Below are positions 13,100 to 26,600 of a stretch of DNA of 51,329 bases, one piece after another. The stretch spans positions 62,001-113,329 of the forward strand of contig MU058532.1 in the NCBI GenBank assembly GCA_013265495.1, read 5' to 3'. Each line of letters starts with the position of its first letter. Within the stretch, counting starts at the first letter, position 1. The position numbers were made by a program, and so were the translations under genes. The stretch comes from Vicugna vicugna. Lineage: Eukaryota. Under the pieces are notes generated by a model. It searched no databases. It had not been told where the DNA came from and saw only the letters and a program-made list of their open reading frames with translations.

Positions 13100-13381
13100 C
13101 AACAGTTATCTTTCTTTTTTTTTTAACATTTTTTATTGATGTATAATCATTTTACAATGTTGTGTCGAATTTCAGTGTTCAGCACAATTTTTCAGTCATT
13201 CATGGACATATACACACTCATTGTCACATTTTTTTCTCTGTGAGTTATCATAACATTTTGTGTATATTTCCCTGTGCTATACAGTGTAATCTTGTTTATC
13301 TATTCTCCAATTTTGAAATCCCAGTCTATCCCTTCCCACCCTCCACCCCCCTGGTAACCACAAGTCCAACAGTTATCTTTC
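13100..13381 (-). mobile_element. Young 5'-truncated L1 (3' UTR only) with 15-bp target-site duplication
   Basis: Poly-T followed by the reverse complement of an L1 3' end. Perfect TSD caacagttatctttc at 13100-13114 and 13367-13381. Confidence 0.9.
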
Positions 13382-14412
13382 AATGTTGTCTCCATCTTCA
13401 TTTTAGAATCAAATACACTAAGTCACCTACTAAAGTTTTTCTCTAGAACTAGCAGAGGGAAGAAAAATGGCTTTTATCTGTTAATTTTTAATCTGTTAAA
13501 AATTGTTTTGGCAAACAGTTTTTGGCATATTTATTAGGATATTTACCTGTTATGTGACAAGATTTCCCACTACTGGAAAACGACCCCTTCACAATAAATT
13601 TCTCTTCTTCCTTGGGGGAAATGATTGGGATTTAACATATTCTATGACTGTTCTCTTATTTAAAGTCTAAGGTCTATGTTCTTTTCCAGGAGATAAACCT
13701 GCTTCGAATGAAGTAGTGATTAGCGGTCATAATGGTCCATCGTTTCCACCCCAGGGAGAGGAGCATGCCCAGCTGGGGCTGCTGAGCCTGGCTATGTAGA
13801 CTGCGGGCCAAACTCCCAGCACTAAAAGGGGCCCCACCAGATCAGGGTCTTGATATGTTCAAACTGTGATGTAACTGCACCAGTATCAAAAGGCTGGTAC
13901 CAGCTGGGTTAGTATCTAAATACTGCTTAGCATGATCTTCAACAGAGAACAATAGATTTAAGCCAGCAGCAACAATCAAGAAAACCTGATCTTGAGATTT
14001 CCATTACAGTTTTATACAAAGTGAGACCTACCCCAGAGAAGTCATCCCTGATTCTGAAATATTCTAAAACCATAAAGGTTTCAGTAAAACATACTCTGAA
14101 GTTCAACTGATACATTTTACTTTGAATTATTCTTGATGAGTTCATTCCCTGACTAAATTATCTCAACATAAAAACATAGCTCACTATACTAATCATACAA
14201 TTTTTCTATCAAACCATCAATGTTAGTGTAATTTCTGTCCAGGAATTCAAGTACCATTTTGCCATAACTTTCAATAATATTTCAATTACTGGATTAAAGA
14301 AATATTTTCAAATTAAAAGCCTGGCAGTCTGAGTTTACTGTAATAGAAAATGTTGTGTTTCATATACCAAAAAATGGTAATAGATTAAAAAAGCCAACAA
14401 ATATTTAAGAGA

Positions 14413-14418
14413 TTTATT
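14413..14418 (-). terminator. LAPTM4A: Polyadenylation signal AATAAA of LAPTM4A
   Basis: tttatt on the + strand, about 530 nt downstream of the stop codon, at the end of an AU-rich 3' UTR. Confidence 0.7.
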
Positions 14419-14947
14419 AAAGCATCTTATCACAAAGATGGAAACATACAAATTAGAAACATGCAACCATCATCTTCCACAGTCAAGTTAAAATGTTATA
14501 TATTTTTTCCTATTTTCATAGCTGAAAACTCCAGATCTTATACTCAGCTCACTCATGCTGAATATTTAATTCATTCTTCCTGGAAGTATCCAGGGCAGCA
14601 AATAACCAAAATGCAAACTATTATACAAAGAAAGTGTGGAGTTAAAAAAGAAAATGTGTGGAGAGTACCCCTCCCCACCCCCCAGTCAAAGGCAAACAAT
14701 GGCACTTTGCTCTTGCTTAACCTACGTTGTTTTCAACAACTATTTAAATGTAATATACTTAACAACAACAACGAACTCTGAATTCTAGTAGATGTCCAAA
14801 AAGCTTGTTAGTGTTTAAAAATAAATGCTTAAACAAAGGAAAATGTACTTTATATCAAACAAGTCTGAAGAGCCCTGTATTGCAGCATTCTGAAAATAAA
14901 CAAGACAAAAAGCTGGTACAGGGTTTATTGACAAAGGCAGAATTTCT

Positions 14948-15022
14948 TCAGGCAGGTATGTAGGGTGGCGGTGGTTCTTTCTCAGGCATCTTCACTGCCA
15001 TTTCATAGGCTGGCAAAACATA
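14948..15022 (-). CDS. LAPTM4A: LAPTM4A last coding exon (exon 7)
   Basis: [24 protein letters not shown]. 75 nt, polypyrimidine tract and AG acceptor. LPxY and PPPY motifs retained. Confidence 0.95.
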   Translation of the reverse strand, partial: YVLPAYEMAVKMPEKEPPPPYIPA

Positions 15023-15160
15023 CTGAAGAGAGAAAAAAATTATATTGAACTTAGTTCTCCTTTCAGATCCTATCTGAAATAATTTAGCTTTCAGATTTCA
15101 TATCTCAAACAGGGGTATACAAACTCATGGAGAAGAGCTGAAGAAACTGTTAGCTAAGTA

Positions 15161-15362
15161 CAGCTGACCCTTGAGCAATGTGGGAGTTAGGGGGTGCCGA
15201 CCATCCACGGAGTTAAAAATCCACGTATAACTTACAGTCAGCCCTGCATATTTGAAGTACCACATCTGTGGATCCAACCAACTGTAGATCGCATAGTACT
15301 ATAAGCATCTGCATATTAGCGGACACTCACAGTTCAGACCTGCGTTGTCTAAGGGTCAACTG
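15161..15362. mobile_element. Tc1/mariner Tigger-type MITE (Tigger2a/MER8-like)
   Basis: Terminal inverted repeats cagctgacccttgagcaa ... ttgtctaagggtcaactg, preceded by TA. Confidence 0.8.
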
Positions 15363-16236
15363 CAGTTCCTGAGAGTAAAGCTAAAAACCTGTAACTTTAT
15401 TTACATGCAGGTGACACGTCTGATTCAAGACTGCTAGAGATGCATGGATGGAAGGACGGGGTGAGGGCAGACAAATTTTTGCTTTTGAACTGACCCTGAC
15501 GCCACCAGGACACCTTGACAGGTGGTACCTGCCACCACCCTCCCCTTGCTCCAGTGTGACTGATAAAGCAGCAATGTCAAGTACATGTTAGGAACTGAGG
15601 ATCTCAGATAAGGGCCCCTCTGTACCATGCTAAATGAAGCCTCCAATAAGTGGCTGGATCCTGAATTTCATCACAATCTGTAGTCCAAGCATCAGGTACT
15701 TGTATCATTTGCTCTAGGGTAAAAGGCACATCTACGTAGGAGGGTGGAACTTTAACCTAAGTGACTCCCACGTGACAGGCTGGCCCTACATGGGTCACAT
15801 ATAATCTACATGCTGGAAACCTGGGAAGACAGCATAGCAGCAACTAGAGGGCCCCGAGAGGTACCCACCGCACTCGTCTCCCCACAGGAAATGCAGCCTC
15901 CCCTCTGCATCATGTGAATGTTTCTGAAAGCAACATATACTACAGCCGATGGTACCCTAACTTTAGAAGTTCCAGAAGCCAAGAGCCTGGCATTGCTCAC
16001 ACTGCTGTTCCCTGTCTGATCTCCCCACAAAAATGCAACTCTTGGAGACCACTTAGAAACCAAACCTAATGGCTGAACAGGACGAGATGAGGAGTGCACA
16101 GTGTCTCTAGCCCACATACCCAGGATTCCAACTAAGAGATGCTGAAACTGGTGGACTTAAGCTACCCATGCCCGAAACCACAGTTATGGCATCAAAGACA
16201 AAGTCAAGATCCAGATTCTTCTTCTGGGAATAATCA

Positions 16237-16377
<141 letters not shown>

Positions 16378-16904
16378 CTAAAAGAATACAAACAAAATTT
16401 ACATATGCTCGAAACTCGACAGATTACCTGCTCTAAAATTAAGGTGACTTTTAATGCTCTCCCCTATGTTTTCTCTATGGAGAAGGGAAGTGACATCCAT
16501 CTGGACCTAACACAGGCGCTTTCTCTACTTGCTCTCACTTAAATGTCTCAAGTTTTATTATCACCGTTTTACAGAGAAACCAGAGTTGGCATTTCATTTC
16601 AGGTGTGGCAATCATTGTGCTACAGAAGAAGTTTTGTTTCTGGACCTTGGGAATTTCAACAGATTTTCAGTCCAAATCATGAGCCACATCCAAAAACATA
16701 ATAGTGTTACACTTAGGAAGAATCCTGGCATTTCCAACCACTGCCTGGAAGGAAGATGGAGGACACTGCCTAAAAGCTATCTCTTGTACTATGTCAGAAT
16801 AAACACTCACTCACTGTGAACTGGAAGGAGATAACCAACAAGAAGGTTGAGATGGACAGTGTCACAGTCCAAAAGGCTCCCCAAATATTCAGTAAGCAAC
16901 TCAC

Positions 16905-17000
16905 CTTAAAAATGATGAACAAGGCAAAGAACACAAAAACAATGAACAGGAGACAGCTGGAGTCCAATGCCAGGAGGTCATCTTTATAGGGAAAATCAGG
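16905..17000 (-). CDS. LAPTM4A: LAPTM4A exon 5
   Basis: [32 protein letters not shown]. 96 nt, AG/GTGAGT boundaries. Confidence 0.95.
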
Positions 17001-17029
17001 CTATAAAAAAGGGGGGAATGAGTAGGTGA

Positions 17030-17330
17030 AGCAGAAAGGATTTTTAAAGCAGAGAAACAATTCTGTATACTACCATGAGGAGTAAATGTCATCAGACACC
17101 TGTCCAAACCTAAAGACTGGACAATACCAAAAATGACCCCGAATGTAAACTACGGATTTTGGGTGATAATGATGTGTCAATGCAGGTTCGTCAATTACAG
17201 CAAACGTACCACTGTGGTTTAGGATGTGGCTAGTAGGGTGGGGGAAGGAGTATATGGGAACTCTCTGTACATTCTGTTCAATTTTGCTATGAACCTAAAA
17301 CTGCTCTAAAAAACAGTTTATTAATTAAAC
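17030..17330 (+). mobile_element. Old L1M (L1MC/MD-like) 3' end
   Basis: 'aatgtaaactacggattttgggtgataatgatgtgtcaatgcaggttc...gtatatgggaactctctgtac...aattttgctatgaacctaaaactgctctaaaaa'. Confidence 0.75.
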
Positions 17331-17933
17331 ATATACACACACTTATATTCAGCCATGGCACCTCCATTTTGCACTTTGTGATAACCTAGAACACATCCTA
17401 AGAATACCAAATTAATCCATGCACCTCATTTACTGTCATGGGACAGTCCTGGTTCATTATCACAGGTAAGATCTTCATGTCTTAGCTCCCCAAATACATG
17501 GTTTGCTCCTTGAAGAGAAGGAACTTATGTTCATATCTAAACCACTCACCAACAATTTGCCTAGAATAGAGTGAAGGGATATGGTAAGCACTCAAACATT
17601 TGCTACAGATGCTTGCAAAGACAGAAAGCTAAAACTCCAATGAGTGCCAAATGCAGCTGAATTATAATACTTTTCATATGCTCAAAACAAAAGCTGAACT
17701 ACTTCTGAAGTTCTATGATATCTCTCTTTAGGGACTTTTTATACTGGATTATCCAAACGGTATGGTAAGAAGATATTCTATTTTCATCTTACTGGTTTCA
17801 ACATGGTCGGTAAGAGTAGTAATAATAATTATTTTAAAACACTTTAAAAAATAGAGAGGACAGATTAATAAGAATAGTACCTAAGATGACTCCAAATTTC
17901 TATGTAAATATTTTACTTAAAAGAAAGAGTTTA

Positions 17934-18122
<189 letters not shown>

Positions 18123-18166
18123 TCAGTAAAAGGTCGAATACTGAAAGTTGAAAACAGAATACTTAC

Positions 18167-18243
18167 AGAAATTGCTCCATGTACCAGCACTGAACTGATT
18201 ATAAACGTAAGAACAGAGACAGCAAAAAGAACATAGGCATTAT
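18167..18243 (-). CDS. LAPTM4A: LAPTM4A exon 3
   Basis: (D)NAYVLFAVSVLTFIISSVLVHGAIS. 77 nt, AG/GTAAGT boundaries. Confidence 0.93.
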
Positions 18244-21200
18244 CTAAGAAAACAAAAACCAAAATGTAAATAAGCTACTCATGTAACCAAAAAAGTAAAC
18301 TCTTTATGACAAAATAATGTTTTAAATCTAGCTTAAAAAACTGAGTATTTTCAAGATTGGCTATGGAAAAAAAATCTAAGGCCAAGAGAGTAAAAAAAAA
18401 ATCTGCCTCAGCATCAACTAATACAGTTTGAGAAACTCACACCTTTGTTTCTCTTGTTAAATTGCCACAACTCACTGATGCTAATTTAGGATGGCACATG
18501 AGCCAGATACTCTGCTAGGGAGAAGATCTCTGCCCAGAGTCTGAGAGTCTGAAGATGTGCAAATAGACAATTATAATCCAATGTGGCAAGGGCTACAACA
18601 GAAGCAGAAACAACTAGTTTTGCCTGTAAAATCTAGGAAAAAATATGAAAGAAATGACACAAGTTGGGTTTTGTGACATAAGAAGGGCTCAACCAGAGGG
18701 AAAGGCTGATATTTGCTTAAAAGACAGATATATTAAACACAGAATGCTACAGATGTCTCCTCTCGCTTTAGATAAAATAAATAATCTGAAATTCCAGGCT
18801 CTCCATTAATCCCTCCCCCTACCCCCACCCAATGCCGACATCCAGACTCCCGGCTCCACATCCTTTCACCCTAGCTTCTCTGCTACACACAGTCTATGTT
18901 CTTCTTTGCTCAACTCTTCCTCAGGCTGTTCCCTTTCTCTACATTAATCCAAGTTCACTAATTTTCTCAAAAAGCACCCATGTAACTTAATCAGTACTAA
19001 ACCACACTTGATGAGTTTCTTAGTACAAATCTAAAATGGACTGTGACTCTGGATGGATATTAAGAACCTTTCAGGCACTAACAATGACGAATGAGTAGAC
19101 TCAGTGCTTAATGTTCACACTATTCACTAAATGTCATGTATCATCTTGTCACTTGGCAATTCAAACAGCATCACTGATTGGCAGTAAACTAAGAACAGCC
19201 CTCTTTAGATTTTCCTAGAGGATAGAGGATAGCTAAATGGTAAGGATTTAAAGGACTTCCCTGCTGCAGCATGCAAAATGGCACTCAAAGGGAAGAAATC
19301 AAATATAAACAAAATATGAAATTAAACAGGACAGGTACTATCAAACGTGAAAGCAAAATTTATAATTCAAACAATCAGCTTTCTAGAATCTGCTACCAGA
19401 AGACTACGTATTTATTTCCATTTCTTAAAGTATGGAAATAATAGTTAAAGTGAAGTTCAAGGTCTTTCATTGGAGCAACAAATAGCAAAACAGAGGCGAG
19501 ATGGGTGGTGAGTGGGAAATACATATAATGCCTGGAGCCAGAGTCACTCCAGTACTTGTGAACCAATAAAGCAAACAGAATATGAGGGGCTAGATGCCCG
19601 GATATGAGTCTCAGGTTTCCACCTACCCACCACCACATTCAGCATCTTCTCCGGGACGCCCCTAAGTCTTCATCCATCTCCAACGTGAATATAAATAAGG
19701 ACACATTCATATTTGAAAAACAGCCTGCATATGCTGCAGAAGTAGTTCATATACACTAAGTGTCATTTCCTGTTTGGCTGATTCAAAATAACTAATCGTG
19801 AACCTCATTTTAAAAAATCAGTTATCAGGCCAATGACCAGAAATTAACTTACCTCTGTAACACTGGGTCTGTGGGAAACTCAGTTTCCAAAGAAATACCA
19901 ACTACCGTACGGCCAGGAACTATGTATTTTTATATTCTCTCAATAACATGGCTTTGACAGAATTATAATCAACAAAAACATGATAATGAATACATCTGGT
20001 TTTCTCTGCAGCAGCGATAACACTCATGCAACAGGCAATAAACCTGTGACCTCTTCCCTGCAGCTCTGAGAGAACCAGTGCACAGACCTCCAAGAATCTC
20101 AATGACTGTAAGTCTTTTTCTGTGCCTCAGCTTGAGGAGAAACACACACGACAAGGGAAAATGCTGACATTAGCAGCTTCAGCACAATTTTATTTATTGT
20201 TCTATTTTGGTTAAAAAAAAAGATTACTCAGAAAAAAAAATCAAATACTAGAAGGAATAGTTTCTATATGTTCTTGGTATTTCTGCTTTCAATTTGACAA
20301 CAAAACCAAAGGATCAGACTATATTTGAAAAGACAACCAGGAGACTCATTTAAAAAAACACAACTTTAAAAACACAATATGAACAACTATTAGTGTTATC
20401 ACACTACAATATATGTAACTGATGGCCACAAAACTCTACCTGGCTCCTAGAAATAGGTTAGCCCTGTGGACAATGAATCATTTGACAATGAATCAAATTA
20501 GAAAAAAAAAAACTTCATTAATAGATCAGAGATCAAAATGCAATGAACTGCAGAACTTTATGATAAAAGATAACCTAAAAATATTATAATGAAGATCCTG
20601 TAATATTACAAATATAACACATGTGAACTGGGAACATTTATCTGAAGTGAAATTTTTCTGAATAAGGGATAGACTGGGATTTCAAAATTGTAGAATAGAT
20701 AAACAGGATTAAAATATTAAATTCCTAACATAATTTTTAATATAAAATTAAACTTGTATTTTAAAGAAAGATAAATAATGAAAATACTGCTCTCAGGGAA
20801 TTAAATAGGTTTAAAAGGTAATCCCCATAATGTTCTAGGAGTACCCTATTTTTAACTCCAAATGTCCAGTCTTCATCTAAATAACAGAAATATATTTAGA
20901 ATTGGTACCCTGAGCAAAAGATATCACCAAATATTCAAATAATTCATATTTTATACTTGACTGTAAGATTTTGCTTCACAAGCAAATCTCCCATCCTCGG
21001 CTACACTAGTCAGCTGACCCCCAAACGCTCGGTCTTTGTAATTCCTTCTCTCCTTCCTCTCTCCACAGTACCCCACAGAAATCAATGACCAATGTACAAT
21101 ACATATTTCTCAAAAATCTTCTAGCAGTCCATTACTTTTCTGGCTATAAATGCTCAATTATAATTCTCAAAGTATCTTCGAAAAACCTAGGAAAACATTT

Positions 21201-21302
21201 TATGCCTCAGCAAGTATAATAACAAACATAATTTAATCACTTCTCCCCTAAGTCACAAGTGTGTGCATAATTAGAAGGAGATGGTTTCAACTAAAGACAT
21301 AC

Positions 21303-21418
21303 CAGTCATTCTCTCAGATGAATAGTAATTGCCAATGACTTCATACTGAATGTTGACAGCTGGCATTGAGTTTGGACGCGTTACCTCCACAGTCAGCAAA
21401 ATTCCCAAGGTTGACCAC
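21303..21418 (-). CDS. LAPTM4A: LAPTM4A exon 2, frameshifted by a 5-nt deletion near its 5' end
   Basis: VVNL then, in another frame, [33 protein letters not shown]. Acceptor tttcacag, donor G|GTATG. Confidence 0.9.
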
Positions 21419-21859
21419 CTGTGAAAGAAAACATTTTATCAATTACATTATTAACCAGGAAAGCGTCTTCAGAATAATCATAATCCCTAGACATCTTCCC
21501 CCACTGAACATTGTTTTACTTGAAGCAACAAAGACATGAAAAGGAGACTACCTATGAGATAAAGTAATACACAGCTATCACTTTAAGAATGGTTTAAAAT
21601 AAATATTTCATAAAATTAAAGTATAAACTTGATACTGTCTCAGAGAAAAGATGTTTGATCCTATGTTAATACGACAGAATAAAAAGGCATATCAATTTAA
21701 GTTGAGAGATCATCACAAATTGTTCATGTCAGAGTCACGTATTTATTCATAACCCAATATCAGAATTTCTAGGTTTAAAGAAGCTATGGTTAGTCCAATA
21801 TACTTATTTATCAGATAAACATAATATCCATCAGCTAAGTATGTAATGATCCAGCAGAT

Positions 21860-23640
21860 CAGCCAAAAGCCTCTCCACGCTATCTCCTATCTAGTGATGG
21901 GGAAGTATTTCCTGTTAAGCTACCTTCAAATACTTTAAAGACTTTCCAAGATTTTGACCATGTCACTTAACTTTCACCTATTGGTCTTAATTCTACTGTT
22001 TGAGCTAGTTTGCTAGCCCTTCCGAATAAGTACTCCCCTAACACCTAAGGGCAGTCAACACATGCCTCCAAATACTATCTTTTCTAGAATAAACACTCAG
22101 GTACTTTAACCACTTTTCTAACTACATGTTTCCAGCTACCTCACTAGTTTCTCTTTGCTCTCCTCTATACACATGCTCCAGTTGTTCAACATATTATTTA
22201 AATGAGGGAAGATCAGTCCAGTCACAACACACCAGACCTCAGTTCCCATATGCTAGTTTAACAAATTTCAAGTAATACAGTCTGAAACTGTACTGGCTGC
22301 AGATGTTTTTTGCATGTCACCTATGAGTGACTCCATAAAACCCTTAATTCTTTTTCATATTTGATCCTGTTAGGCTACCACCTGTACCTATAGTTGGATT
22401 CAGAGGTGCAAGCATGAGCCCTTATATATATCTGCAATCAAATTTCATCTTAATAACATTCTTGCCTATCAAGATTTTCTCCATCTAGGAGATTCCTCAA
22501 AAAACTAAAAATAGACTTACCGTAAGATCCAGCAGTCCCACTCCTGGCATATATCAGGAGAGAACTCTAATTTGAGAAGATACATGCACCCCAATGTTCA
22601 CAGCAGCACTATATACAATAGCCAAGACATGGAAAGAACTTAAATGTCCATCAACAGATGACTGGATAAAGAAGCCTGTGGTATATTTATACAACGGAAT
22701 ACTACTCAGCCATAAAAAAGAATAAAATAATGCCATTTGTAGCAACATGGATGGACCTAGAGATCATCATTCCAAGTGAAGTAAAGCCAGAAAGAAAAAT
22801 ACCATATGATATCACTTATATATGGACTCTAAAAAAAGTAAAAGGAAGACTCTAAATGAACTTATCTATGAAACAGAAACAGACTCACAGACATAGCAAA
22901 GAATCCTATGGTTACGGGGGGAGGTAGGGTGTGGAAAGGGACAAATTGGGAGCTCCACATTTGCAGATACTAACAATTATATGTAAAATAGGTAAACAAG
23001 TTTCTTCTGTATAACACGGGGAACTATATTCAATGTCTTATAGTAACCTATAATGAAAAAGAATATAGAAAGGAATATATGTATGCATATATATGACTGA
23101 AATATGCTGTACACCAGAAATTGACACATTGCAAACTGACTAAACTTCAATTAAAAAAAATTCTCCATCTAGATTCTGACACCCTTCAGATTGACTCTCC
23201 CTCAGCTTCCTGCATTTGAAAACATGATGAGCATGTAATCAAGGTCTTCATCTAAGTCACTAGTAAGAGAACAGCCCTGAGGACAAATCTGCCAGAGGCT
23301 GTTCTCCTCCCATTAGTCAACAACCTTTGAACAAAAGTCCTTATCTGGTCCAGAAGAACATCTTGAGATTTTGCCAAACACCTTGCTGAAATCCCATCAT
23401 GCTATCTGAATTTTCCTAGTCTACCAGGGTGTAATCCAGTCAAAAAGGAAATTATTTTATGCCTCTAGTTAGTGAATCCCGCAGTTAACCCAGGAGGCAC
23501 CATTTGCTTTAAGTGCTCAAAACAACCCTGCTAATGATGTGATACAGAAATCTCACCTAGGACTGGAGGCTCCCCCATCTAAAGTTCACAGAATCTGTCT
23601 TCCTCCTCTTTGTGAAAATCTGAATATAGGATATTTTCAA
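21860..23640 (-). mobile_element. Ancient CR1/L3 LINE remnants, interrupted by a young L1
   Basis: Degenerate motifs such as 'tgctctcctctatacacatgctccagttgttcaacat' and 'ttttgccaaacaccttgctgaaatc'. Confidence 0.45.
22477..23172 (+). mobile_element. 5'-truncated lineage-specific L1 (ORF2 C-terminus, 3' UTR, polyA) in LAPTM4A intron 1
   Basis: 'ctcaaaaaactaaaaatagacttacc...gatacatgcaccccaatgttcacagcagcacta...aatgccatttgtagcaacatggatggacctagag'. TSD ttctccatctag at 22477-22488 and 23161-23172. Confidence 0.92.
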
Positions 23641-26600
23641 GGGATATCTAAGGTTTATCAACACTATTTTAAACAATCTTTATTAAACAGCTCTCTCTAG
23701 TCCACCCTGAATGATTAAAAACAATTTACCAGTTGAAGGCATTTCACATTCTCTTAGACAAGCAGCCCAAGTTTTATCTTTCAATAAGATAAACAGTGTC
23801 ACGATATCTAATTCAGAATCATCTGATATTTCTGAGAATATACTATAAATCAAGTATATTTACATATATACTTCACTTATTCTCACAGTAACCTTGTGAA
23901 ATTAAATATTACTTAAGCCCTTTTGCACATGGGGAAACTAAAATTCAGCAAAGTGAAATAGCATGTGTTAAGTTCACTCACTGAGCTGTAGGAGGACAGA
24001 GCTAGCATACAAATCTGCTTCTTTTCAAGACATCCTGCTTCTTAGCACTACATAATTACTTATAACCATTCCTAAGCCACTCTTGTTTTGAGAGCTTTCC
24101 AAAAGAAGCCATTCTCTGAGGCTATAAAATGTTTATACTTTACTCTGTAAATAAATATATTCAGTAACATGCCTTTTTCCTTGCATTGCTCAAAGGCAAG
24201 GTCTTTTATCCTTCAATGCTTGAAAGGTCTTACAAGAGATAATCATATTTGCAAGGTGGCTCCCCAGTTGAAGGCTGATTTTTTTTTTAATGGCCCATCT
24301 TTACTGCAATGGATTTTGGACAGTGTATGTGGTGTATGAGTTAATATGATTAGGTGAATTATTGAACAATCAGATATATCTACTAAAATATTGTGTATGG
24401 AAATCAGTTTGAAATCAATTCAGCAAACTCTGCTAAGCATGATATAGTCATAGTTTAAAAGCTCTGCGCTGTACAGAAAACACACATGTCAAAAAAAAAA
24501 AAAAACCATGCAAACTCAATTACTAAATAAAAGACGTACCACACCAAACTACTTAGGAGCTTAATTTTCCCTTATTTTTATCACAAGTAGAATTTATAAA
24601 AATCTCTTTTCTTCTCTTCCATGGATAAGTCACAGACTCACCCACTATTATATCTTCTAGTATTAGTGACACTTCAAATTTCATTTCGGAGTCATATCCC
24701 TGAATATTAAACAAATCATAGGTCTAATCAAAAGGACCAAGAAATGGTAAAATAAGTTCAGTGCTACTTCATTAAAAGCTCAATTTTTCAAATCTTCATT
24801 GAATTAATTATATTTCATTAGAACCCCAACTTACATTTTAAAGTACTAATCTGGAAAATCTATCCTTGAGATCTTAAAAGATTCATCACTAAACATCTAT
24901 CCTGTGCTCATATATAGGCCCTATCCTACTTACTTTTGATTACAGTTGATATTTCTAAGTTCCATGTAGCATTTTTCAAAACATACATAAAATTAACTTT
25001 TTGGTCTTATAATGTAAAATTTCTCTAAAGAGAGCAACTAAGTACACACAACTCCAGAACACTTATTCCTGATTAATTTTTCAATTTTACTGCATTCAGG
25101 GATGAAAATTAATAAGAATATAATTAAAATAATGATCACTTCTAAACCTAGTAATATGGAAAGGTAGTGAATGCAGCAAGTACTCATATAAGTTACCAGC
25201 ATGGGGAATGGACACACCAGTGTAGGAAAGGTACTATATATAGTGGATTAAACAGCATGGTTTGTGTTATTTTTGTAAGCCTTTTGCATACCTTATATAA
25301 GTTAAAAAATATCTGTTTGATTTCACTTGTTTCAAGGGAACAATATCAAATCTTTGAAAGCACTTACTGTCAGGAGAGTAATTTCTCTTTGCTTTCTCAT
25401 TTGATTACCACACCCATCCCAGAAGATTCACTGAGGATCCGTCTTTATTTCTGTTTTTGTTTTTGTTTTAAATCATTACTCTTTAGTTTTCCCACAGCAT
25501 ATTTTCCCACAACTCAGTATCTCCTAAGACTATATAATTAGAGCAATGTTTTAGAACATACTGAGAAAGGCCTCAGGAGACAAAGACTCTCATCAGATAA
25601 AGGTCAAAATTGATTATCTTTAAAATTTTGCTAAATGTACACTATACATGTATCTATAGTTGTTTACCATTATGTACAGTTACAAATGAGTTATTTCTAC
25701 TATTTTTGGAGAATTCATGTAACTCAAGTATTTAATTGAATAAATGCTCTAATAAGTTACTACTATACACACTTCATAGAGGAAGGTATATCTTACTGTG
25801 GGGAAGAAAATTTTAAAAAGATAATCACACTAATGCGTAATTAGTGCTATTGAATAAGTACATACAAAAGGTATGCAGTAACTTTTCGAGGTACACAGGG
25901 AGGAAACCAGATCCCTCTGGCTGGGAAGCAAGGAACTTCACCAAGAAAACAATTGTGGAAAAAAAACTAAGTGGAATTGGCAAAATGGTTGCTACTAGCT
26001 GCAGCTGTGTAATGAGTAAATAAGAGATTTTTATACCATTTCATTATTTTTGCATATTTGAGATTTTTCTCAGAAAAGTTTTTAAAAAGTGACCTTAGAG
26101 AAGAGAATTTGGAGGAGCAGGAACAGTATATGCAAAGGCACTGAGGCAGAAAACATGTTTGAGGAAAGATACTTAATTCTGAAATATAAACAAGGTACAC
26201 TTATTTAAAGGATGAGGGCCGGAAAGGAACGCAGCTTGAGGAAGCCTGTCTTTGCTTCCTTCCTAGCTACCTAGCTTTTAGATTGTTTACGGTTGAGACG
26301 CTCATGAAAAATCAGCCATATATGAAATCTTTCCAAGACCTAAAATTATGATGACTTCTCAGAATGTCTTCTTGTTGGTACAGCATTACCATGAAGAAGG
26401 ACAACCTTGCAGCAGACTTTTAAGCTCATTCAATTGTACAATAAACATTTGAACTTATACCACATAAGAAACTGCTGTTTTAAATCATCTGACTTCAGAT
26501 TTTTCAATAATCGATAGAGAAAACAATTTACGACTGTCAGTTTAAACTGGAGCTTACACTGAAATTTCATATTACTTAAACCATATTAAGCCAGGACGGC

